From: Candidatus Enterousia sp.
GTDB taxonomy: Bacteria > Pseudomonadota > Alphaproteobacteria > Rs-D84
NCBI GenBank assembly: GCA_045637165.1
Contig: JAZTYU010000009.1
Location: forward strand, 17,456 to 81,455
Direction: 5' to 3'
DNA: 64,000 bases
Shown one piece after another: positions 57,241 to 64,000 of the stretch. The notes below the pieces were generated by a model. It was given only the letters and a program-made list of their open reading frames with translations, ran no database searches and had not been told where the DNA came from. The stretch's first letter is position 1; each line of letters opens with the position of its first letter. The translations under genes and the position numbers were made by a program.

Positions 57241-57337
57241 AAATTTTTATTAAGAAATGCGTTTGAACGCAACACAGAAATTACACCCCCAACGGGGTTG
57301 TAGTAGTTGTTGTAAAGAAATTTTTAAACAAATCCAT
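57241..57337 (-). promoter_or_regulatory. Putative transcription attenuator of thrS: Thr-rich leader peptide plus terminator
   Basis: Minus-strand ATG at 57337 encodes MDLFKNFFTTTTTTPLGV (six consecutive Thr codons ACA ACA ACT ACT ACA ACC; stop 57281-57283). The stop overlaps hairpin ccccgttgggg. A second hairpin gcgttcaaacgc followed by AUUUCUU comes ~45 nt before the thrS ATG. Confidence 0.55.
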
Positions 57338-57400
57338 ATCCAATATACTATTCCCATTCCAAATAAAAATCAAGACCTAATTCCCCCCACGTATGGGATT

Positions 57401-58138
57401 TTATAAATCCAAAATACACCCAAACAGCACCGCAAAAAAGAAACACACACTGCCCCCAATTACGAACAAGTGCCAGACCGCATGCGAAAACTTCATACGT
57501 CGCCACAGATAGAATATCACCCCAATTGTATATGCCAATCCCCCGGCCAGAATAAACCACAATCCACGTTCCGGAATACTGCGAATCATTGCAGGCAATA
57601 TGAACAACAACGTCCACCCCATCGCAACATACAACGCCACCATCCATTTTGGCTGTTGACGTGGATTTTTAATTTTCATATACGCCCCAAACAATACAAT
57701 CCCCCATAAAATTGCAAAGACCGTCCAACCAACAAGCCCCCGCAAATTCACCAACAAAAATGGCGTATATGTCCCTGCAATCAATGCATAAATTGCAACA
57801 CTGTCCCAAACTTCAAAAAAGCATTCATGTTTTTTTCCGATTGTTGCATGACACATTGTCGAACCAAAATACAGGGTTATCATTGTCACACCAAATATAG
57901 CACATGAAACGATTGCCCACACATCACCCTTTATTCCTGCAAAAACAACCAACAAGGTCAACGCTGCAACGGCAAGTCCAATACCAATCCCATGCGTTAG
58001 AATATTTACAACTTCTTCTACATGCGTTGACGGTTTTTCCCAACGGAAAAGTCCTGTTGCACGCAAAACCTTTAACAGGTGTGAACCATGTTCATCTTTC
58101 TTTACAGCCTTGATTCTAGTCCGTTTAGACTCTGTCAT
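57401..58138 (-). CDS. Hemolysin III family (PAQR/YqfA) 7-TM protein
   Basis: EVVNILTHGIG and HLFVIGGS motifs with a 7-TM profile typical of the Hly-III family. Confidence 0.75.
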   Translation of the reverse strand: MTESKRTRIKAVKKDEHGSHLLKVLRATGLFRWEKPSTHVEEVVNILTHGIGIGLAVAALTLLVVFAGIKGDVWAIVSCAIFGVTMITLYFGSTMCHATIGKKHECFFEVWDSVAIYALIAGTYTPFLLVNLRGLVGWTVFAILWGIVLFGAYMKIKNPRQQPKWMVALYVAMGWTLLFILPAMIRSIPERGLWFILAGGLAYTIGVIFYLWRRMKFSHAVWHLFVIGGSVCFFFAVLFGCILDL

Positions 58139-59712
58139 TTTAATACCCCTTCGATTCGTTTTTGAACTCTATCACCGCCCATTACACTCATAATAGAATA
58201 CAAGTCAGGTGTATTTGTGCGTCCCGATAATGCCACACGCAAATTCATTGCCACATCACCATTTTTTACGCCCAAGCTTTCGGCAACAGCCACAATTTTT
58301 CCCCACCAAGTATCCTTGTCATCCGATTCGTCATACGATTCCAAAAACGCCTTTAATACATCCTGATTAAATTCATATTCGGTATTTGGAACAAACAAAT
58401 CATCCCAGAAAAACGCAACATTTTCCAGCGTTTGCGACCAAGTGATAAAATCTTTACGCACACGCTTTGGATTATCACGTTCAATACCCAACACACCGGT
58501 CAGATATGCCACATCCGCCACCTGCACCCGATTCGTTTCATTTCCATATTCATTTGCCCAGCCCACAACACGATTGACCAATTCTGGCACTGGCAAAGCC
58601 CCAATAAATTCCTTGGCCCACCATTCCAATTTTTTCATATCAAACAACGCACCAGACATAGGAATTTTTTTCGCACGCATTTCATAATCCCAGAACGATT
58701 TAACCTGCCCCTTCATTTTGGCCTCTTCGTATCCCGATGCTGCAATATTCCCCAGGTATTCAATTACCGCCTCAACCGGCCAGCCTGCCTCTAAAAAGAA
58801 CGCAACATTTGCCTCTGGGTCTTTACGTTTGGACAGTTTACGCTGTTTACCTGTTTCCTCGTCAATCTTATCAATAGTTGACGTATGAATATACAACGGT
58901 GCATTCCAGCCCATCATACGGAATAACTGCACATGCAATGGCAACGAAGGCAACCACTCTTCCCCACGAATAACGTGTGTTGTCCGCATAAAGTGGTCAT
59001 CACACAAATGTGCAAAATGATATGTTGGCAAACCGTCATTTGATTTAATCAGAACAATGTCTTCGTTATTTTCTGGGAATCCGATTGAGCCACGAACTGC
59101 ATCTTTGCAAAATATACGCTGTTCTGGATTTCCACTTGAATACAAACGAATCGATGGCACCAAACCGTTATCCAAATGTGTAATAATTTCTTCTTCGGTT
59201 AAATTTCTATCCCGTGCAAATTCACCATAGATACCCGTTGGAAATCCTGCCGCCTTTTGATTTTCACGAATTTGTTCCATATCGCCCGCACTTAAAAAAC
59301 AAGGATACGCCAATCCATTTTCTAACAAATGTGCCACAACACTATGGTAAATATCTTTTCTTTGTGATTGATAATAAGGTCCATACCCTTCAACATTGTT
59401 GTATTTCAATCCGAATCGGTCCATTGATTCTTCGATGATTTTAACAGCATCCGCAACCTCACGTTTTGTATCTGTATCTTCAATACGCAACATAAAAACA
59501 CCATCCGATTGCTGTGCCAACTTACAGTCTATCAACGCACCATACAGACCACCAATATGCATATACCCTGTTGGACTTGGGGCAAATCTTGTCACAAACG
59601 CCCCATCTGGCAGGTTGCGGGCCGGAAATTTTTCTTCCAACTGTTCAATTGTATATTTTGGTGCCGCACCTAAAACACGTGCGATTAAATCTTTTGACAA
59701 ACCGTTTCTCAT
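58135..59712 (-). CDS. gltX: Glutamyl-tRNA synthetase
   Basis: Class I motifs: RFAPSPTGYMHIGG (HIGH region) and KLSKRK (KMSKS); 525 aa. Confidence 0.9.
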   Translation of the reverse strand: MRNGLSKDLIARVLGAAPKYTIEQLEEKFPARNLPDGAFVTRFAPSPTGYMHIGGLYGALIDCKLAQQSDGVFMLRIEDTDTKREVADAVKIIEESMDRFGLKYNNVEGYGPYYQSQRKDIYHSVVAHLLENGLAYPCFLSAGDMEQIRENQKAAGFPTGIYGEFARDRNLTEEEIITHLDNGLVPSIRLYSSGNPEQRIFCKDAVRGSIGFPENNEDIVLIKSNDGLPTYHFAHLCDDHFMRTTHVIRGEEWLPSLPLHVQLFRMMGWNAPLYIHTSTIDKIDEETGKQRKLSKRKDPEANVAFFLEAGWPVEAVIEYLGNIAASGYEEAKMKGQVKSFWDYEMRAKKIPMSGALFDMKKLEWWAKEFIGALPVPELVNRVVGWANEYGNETNRVQVADVAYLTGVLGIERDNPKRVRKDFITWSQTLENVAFFWDDLFVPNTEYEFNQDVLKAFLESYDESDDKDTWWGKIVAVAESLGVKNGDVAMNLRVALSGRTNTPDLYSIMSVMGGDRVQKRIEGVLK

Positions 59713-59758
59713 CTATATATTCCTTGTGTTTTAACTAACTCAATTCTATACTAAAAAC

Positions 59759-60379
59759 ATGGAATCGCAAGAACTAAGAACATTTGGTCGCCGTCACGGC
59801 AAGAAATTATCGGCACGTCAACAAACCTTGATTGACGAACTACTACCATGCTTGACCCCCAAAACTGGCGACATTTTGGAAATCGGCTTTGGTGCTGGCG
59901 AACACATCCGCACACTGGCAACCACCAACCCCGACAAGATTATCATTGGTGCAGAACCATTTATGAATGGCGTAGCGTCTTTGCTATCTGCGATAACCGA
60001 TGAAAAAACGAATCAGGTTATGGACGAATATAAAAACATCAGAATCTGGGCTGATGATGTCCGTGATTTCTTGCGTGAAACCGATTCGAAATTTTCCCAG
60101 ATTTGGGTATTGCACCCTGACCCCTGGCCAAAAAGCCGACATGAAAAACGTCGCCTGTTATCTGCGGCTTTTCTGACCACCTTATCAAAATACTTGTCTG
60201 ATGACGGCGAAATAATTATTGGCACAGACCACTGGGGCTATTTTGATTGGATTTTGGAACAAATTGCAAACACGGACCTAACCGCAACAATTGCAGACCT
60301 TGACATAATCCAAACACGCTATCAAACAAAAAACAAGGCCGGCACCACTGCACCAAAATATTTAATCCTCAGCCACTAG
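59759..60379 (+). CDS. trmB: tRNA (guanine46-N7)-methyltransferase TrmB
   Basis: SAM-binding LEIGFGAGEH motif; 206 aa; TrmB-like layout. Confidence 0.8.
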   Translation: MESQELRTFGRRHGKKLSARQQTLIDELLPCLTPKTGDILEIGFGAGEHIRTLATTNPDKIIIGAEPFMNGVASLLSAITDEKTNQVMDEYKNIRIWADDVRDFLRETDSKFSQIWVLHPDPWPKSRHEKRRLLSAAFLTTLSKYLSDDGEIIIGTDHWGYFDWILEQIANTDLTATIADLDIIQTRYQTKNKAGTTAPKYLILSH

Positions 60380-61047
60380 GCATTTACAAAGAAACGTATC
60401 CTGTCGATTAAATCTGGTCGCATTTTTTGCACCAAACGCAGCGTTGATTCCATACAGTACAAATTACCACCAAACACAAATTGCAAATCGAAATTATTAT
60501 CCTGTTCCCATAAATCTAGCATTGCGAAAATCCTGCCGACAAAGTCATTTTTTTGTGCATCTTTTGCCCCCAGCACCAGAATCAAAGACGACGCATTTAT
60601 TTTTCGCAGTTGTTGATATAAATCCGACCAATCCAGCGGTGCAACATCATACAGATTTATTCCGATTGCCAAATCCTTGTCAAAGAACAAATCATCACGA
60701 ACAACATACGTCTGTTCGACCAGGTCCGCCAATAATTTATACGGCAAGAACACCTGTGCCCCACTTGCCCCCCGTTTCAAGACATTATTGATTTGAACAG
60801 TCAATTCAGAAATATTTTTTTCTGTAATTTTTTTATCCTGCATAAAAAATCTGGCCATTATTTTAACAGCTCTATCTTCCAGCCACGGCCAAATTACCCC
60901 GACCTGCTCTGGCACCAAGGACACCACAGGAACATTATTTGCACTAACCTGGTCAGCCACCAACGCCAACTCTGCATTTTCCATATCAGTCCTGCACCAC
61001 AATGCTACAAATTCAGAAAAATCATTTATATATTTTTTATCAATCAT
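60376..61047 (-). CDS. Hypothetical protein (223 aa), possibly a TIM-barrel aldolase-like fold
   Basis: Alternating beta/alpha hydrophobic pattern; weak resemblance to the DeoC/LacD family only. Confidence 0.35.
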   Translation of the reverse strand: MIDKKYINDFSEFVALWCRTDMENAELALVADQVSANNVPVVSLVPEQVGVIWPWLEDRAVKIMARFFMQDKKITEKNISELTVQINNVLKRGASGAQVFLPYKLLADLVEQTYVVRDDLFFDKDLAIGINLYDVAPLDWSDLYQQLRKINASSLILVLGAKDAQKNDFVGRIFAMLDLWEQDNNFDLQFVFGGNLYCMESTLRLVQKMRPDLIDRIRFFVNA

Positions 61048-61091
61048 AATGCTTTTTACTTTATCACAAATATGCTACAATTGAAAACATA

Positions 61092-62057
61092 ATGAGAAAT
61101 AAACTGGACGATATTTTGCTATCACTTTTATGGCTAAGTATTTCAATACTTGGTGCATCATTTTGGTTTAACATCAAATTCGGCTTTAACATATTTTCAT
61201 CTGTCCACTGGCAACATTTGGCCTATATGCAGGCCTCGCAACAACCGGTAAAACCAGACTTTTATATTTCAATTGTCCTAACCGTTATCGTAATGATTTT
61301 TGGGCTGTATTTACTGTTGTTGCCACGTTACAAAAAAAAACATATAAAAACAACTCTGCCAACAACCGCAAAACCTATTACACAGCCCCCCCTTACACCA
61401 GTGCCTGCAACTGTTGCACCACAAAACCCAACAACACCTGCAACACTTGCACCGCAACCTGTTATTCATCAAACACCAACTATTACACCTGCTCCTACGG
61501 CGATTGCACCACAAACCTCTGAAATTGGTCTATCACGGCCACCACGCTTGAACATCAGCATTACACCATCATTGCCCAGTGCATCACAAACACAACGTTT
61601 TACAGCACCTGCGGCAACGACGCCCCCCCCAACACAACAAACATCGCAACAAAACTGGCAGGAACTTCCAGAAATATTTAAAAACGCAGGCTATACAACA
61701 AAAGAAAATGCCCGAATCGGCAATCTTCAAACAAACCTGATTGCCATTGGCACAAATGAAACCTTATGGATTGGTGCAGTTGGCGTTCCAACCACCGCCC
61801 TTCAAAGTGCAATTGATACAATACAAGAAATATTTAACGATACACTGGACGACGTCATCATTACAATACATGGCTTTGTAATTTCTGCCCCTGATGCAGC
61901 AGCACCTGGTGCTGCGAACATATTGACATTTGCAACACCATCTGAATTACGCACATATATGGAATCACATAAAAATCCAGCAATCACAGACAACGAAAGT
62001 TTTGATGCGTTTTCTACATATATATCAACAGTAATTGATTACATTTCGAAAATTTAA
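61092..62057 (+). CDS. Membrane-anchored Pro/Thr-rich protein with C-terminal globular domain
   Basis: Two N-terminal TM helices; ~120-aa PT-rich low-complexity linker (PATVAPQNPTTPATLAPQP...); C-terminal ~150 aa structured domain. Confidence 0.5.
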   Translation: MRNKLDDILLSLLWLSISILGASFWFNIKFGFNIFSSVHWQHLAYMQASQQPVKPDFYISIVLTVIVMIFGLYLLLLPRYKKKHIKTTLPTTAKPITQPPLTPVPATVAPQNPTTPATLAPQPVIHQTPTITPAPTAIAPQTSEIGLSRPPRLNISITPSLPSASQTQRFTAPAATTPPPTQQTSQQNWQELPEIFKNAGYTTKENARIGNLQTNLIAIGTNETLWIGAVGVPTTALQSAIDTIQEIFNDTLDDVIITIHGFVISAPDAAAPGAANILTFATPSELRTYMESHKNPAITDNESFDAFSTYISTVIDYISKI

Positions 62058-62070
62058 CACAGGACAAAAG

Positions 62071-62571
62071 ATGCAATTAACCCAAGGCTCCGCAGAAAAG
62101 ATATTATCAGATATGGGCATGTCAGATATGCCCTTAATGGAGATACATCCAACCCCATCAAACATTCCTGCGGATTGGTTTAACCAGTATAAAAAACTTA
62201 TCCACGAATTCATAACAACTCTAACCGATTCGGTTGAAACCTTAGCGTTTATGAACCTTAGCCAAGATGAATTTATGGGTCTAATTATGGGCCAAAGTAT
62301 TCCCCAGAACATATCTTTTCGCTTTCGAATTCCATTGGCATTTGGGGGCAAACTTGAACTAGATAATTTATTTATGTGCTGGACATTCCCACACAGCAAC
62401 AATCTTGACCGCTTTATCATTAGCCAAACAGGTGCCCAAACGATATGGTTGCCCAACCCTGCGAAAAAGATATACCTGCCTGCACACACTGCTGGCGGTG
62501 GCGATGGAGGCAACGCAACCGAAGACCGTCTTGCACAAATGAGTGCCCAACTTGCCAGTGGACGCGAATAA
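62071..62571 (+). CDS. Hypothetical protein (166 aa)
   Basis: ATG 14 nt after the previous stop (ORF track starts at 62035); no recognised domain. Confidence 0.45.
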   Translation: MQLTQGSAEKILSDMGMSDMPLMEIHPTPSNIPADWFNQYKKLIHEFITTLTDSVETLAFMNLSQDEFMGLIMGQSIPQNISFRFRIPLAFGGKLELDNLFMCWTFPHSNNLDRFIISQTGAQTIWLPNPAKKIYLPAHTAGGGDGGNATEDRLAQMSAQLASGRE

Positions 62572-62586
62572 CCAAGGGGGACAAAA

Positions 62587-63021
62587 ATGACATGTTCTGA
62601 ATTTTTATCCTTTATCCAGTCCCGTGGTGCAACCCTAACACCACCTGCCCCAATGAATCAGATTTCATTGATGAACACATCATTGCAACAGCATCGTCGT
62701 GCAATGCTGCCCGCTTTTATGGTCGAACTTTATACACATACCGGTGGATTAAACCTGGGCAACGGTTATATTTTTGGACCATCTGAAATCCCCCAAGGCC
62801 TACATTTCCCGGCACCAACAATTCTTGAATTTAACCAAGATTTAATTAACACCCCACAAACAATGGGTAAAACAATATTTGGTCGCAATGATTTATTCTG
62901 GTTTGGATTTGACGCATTTGGTGTTTGCTATATGTTCGACAACTTGACATTATCCCCATTGCGTCGCTATGATGACCCGTATAAAGCATTATCAGATTGT
63001 TTAATCGCAGGAAAAATGTAA
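62587..63021 (+). CDS. Hypothetical protein with possible SUKH (SMI1/KNR4) immunity-protein fold
   Basis: 144 aa. LPAFMVELYTHTGGLNLGNGYIFGPSEI and IFGRNDLFWFGFDAFGVCYMFD resemble the N- and C-terminal motifs of SMI1/KNR4-type domains. Confidence 0.35.
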   Translation: MTCSEFLSFIQSRGATLTPPAPMNQISLMNTSLQQHRRAMLPAFMVELYTHTGGLNLGNGYIFGPSEIPQGLHFPAPTILEFNQDLINTPQTMGKTIFGRNDLFWFGFDAFGVCYMFDNLTLSPLRRYDDPYKALSDCLIAGKM

Positions 63022-63028
63022 ATAAAAA

Positions 63029-63247
63029 ATGAAAAAATTATCTGTCTCACTTGCTGGCCACCAAACCAGTATCACACTTGAACCTGAATTTATTGATGCA
63101 TTAAACGCCCTTGCCGTTCGCAGTGGTAAACCTGTTGCTACAATTATAAATGAAATTGATGAAACACGTCCTGCAAACACCAACCTGTCATCAGCGGTTC
63201 GGGTATGGGTTTTAAACCAAATGATATTACGAATTTCACAAAATTAA
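63029..63247 (+). CDS. Ribbon-helix-helix domain protein (RHH_4-like)
   Basis: 72 aa: TSITLEPEFIDALNALAVRSGKPVATIINEIDETRPANTNLSSAVRVWVL matches the aryl-sulfotransferase-associated RHH_4 pattern (SxxLE...LA...G.S...LI..ID..R...NLSSAiRV). Confidence 0.6.
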   Translation: MKKLSVSLAGHQTSITLEPEFIDALNALAVRSGKPVATIINEIDETRPANTNLSSAVRVWVLNQMILRISQN

Positions 63248-63270
63248 AAACCGCCTATACGGCGGTTTTC
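63246..63270 (+). terminator. Intrinsic terminator (ccgcc-tatac-ggcgg), identical to the one at 42388
   Basis: aaaaaccgcctatacggcggttttc. Confidence 0.75.
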
Positions 63271-64000
63271 TTAATCTTTTTCAACTTTCTGACAACACAC
63301 AATCCCCAATATCGCAATCAATAAAATAAGTATCATCGTCTTATTCAAACCAATCATACGATATAGTGTTTTATGTTCACCCCACACATATCCGTCCAAG
63401 ACATCAACTGCCCCAACTGGCAACGATGATATAACAACACCATCTGCCCCAACGAATGCACTTATTCCAGAATAGTTCGCCCGAACAATTGGCAATCCCG
63501 ATTCGATTGCATAACGACGCACCATATCCAGGTGTTGATATATTCCAGGGGTCATTCCAAACCAATTATCATTAGTTATATTTATAATTGCCAGAACTTC
63601 ATCATCCCCACTGTTCAACAAGGAATCAGAAAATATAACCTCATAGCAAATTGCTGGTGCGAAATGAAAATTTGCAACCGACAAAATCTCTGGCCCATTA
63701 CCTCTTGCCAAATTTACAGGACTTGGCAATATACCAAGTGGTCGATATTCACCAAATGGCACCAAATGCGACTTACTGTAAATCCTTTGAATTTCACCAT
63801 TTTGTGCTATGACTAACATCGAATTAAATAATTTTCCTGCATCAAAACTGGTCGCACCGATAATAACAGGCCGCTGCAAAACACGTGCTAACTCAATATT
63901 ATCATCCGACATCACAACAAAAGGATACGTTGTTTCTGGGAACACAATAACATCAGGATTACCCGGCACCATTGCCAATCTAACCAGATTCTGCAAATTA
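63271..64000 (-). CDS. lnt: Apolipoprotein N-acyltransferase Lnt, C-terminal CN-hydrolase domain; 5' part lies beyond the window
   Basis: Nitrilase-fold catalytic motifs (VIVFPETT; ICYEVIFSD with catalytic Cys) and C-terminal TM (MILILLIAILGIV). The listed ORF's Met is internal and the gene continues past 64000. Confidence 0.7.
   Translation of the reverse strand, partial: NLQNLVRLAMVPGNPDVIVFPETTYPFVVMSDDNIELARVLQRPVIIGATSFDAGKLFNSMLVIAQNGEIQRIYSKSHLVPFGEYRPLGILPSPVNLARGNGPEILSVANFHFAPAICYEVIFSDSLLNSGDDEVLAIINITNDNWFGMTPGIYQHLDMVRRYAIESGLPIVRANYSGISAFVGADGVVISSLPVGAVDVLDGYVWGEHKTLYRMIGLNKTMILILLIAILGIVCCQKVEKD

Overview
This 64-kb window looks like a piece of a compact, AT-rich bacterial chromosome. 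Coding strands are A-rich, many genes have E. coli-like sigma70 promoters and hairpin/T-run terminators, and no transposase, integrase or CRISPR array is visible. Most of the window is housekeeping: AsmA-family protein (partial), RluA-family pseudouridine synthase, uvrC, pgsA, dnaJ (no adjacent dnaK), a ParE-sized type IIA topoisomerase B subunit, nth, a eukaryote-like type 2 ileS, dnaA, dprA, plsY, rpsT, sufBC, ruvX, gatC-gatA-gatB, miaB, tatB-tatC plus a separate tatA, lolA, nrnA, recJ, ftsL-ftsI, a sufS-sufT-sufE operon, trxA, dksA-like, thrS (lacks the N-terminal TGS domain), a hemolysin-III family protein, gltX, trmB and lnt (partial), together with tRNA-Phe(GAA) and tRNA-Lys(CUU). Accessory content includes two cysteine-rich secreted proteins with EGF-like modules flanking nth-ileS, an orphan lipoprotein secretin (PilN/TcpC type) with a TcpQ-domain partner followed by a phage-tail-fibre-like gene that is split by a single in-frame stop, an autotransporter-like beta-barrel protein, an orphan type IV pilin, two unknown genes inserted between gatC and gatA, and a possible SUKH-like immunity/RHH operon next to lnt. 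The finding I rate highest is a pair of leader-peptide attenuators. An Ile-codon leader peptide (MIQTTIIIIK) plus terminator sits upstream of ileS. A Thr-codon leader peptide (MDLFKNFFTTTTTTPLGV) plus terminator sits upstream of thrS. Other observations are a tandem pair of ~105-bp elements with conserved ends and divergent hairpin cores just downstream of the secretin gene, a 290-nt GC-rich structured region ending in a terminator, a 46-bp tandem repeat in the AT-rich dnaA upstream region (possible oriC), and a recurring CTATAC-loop hairpin motif with two identical terminators.
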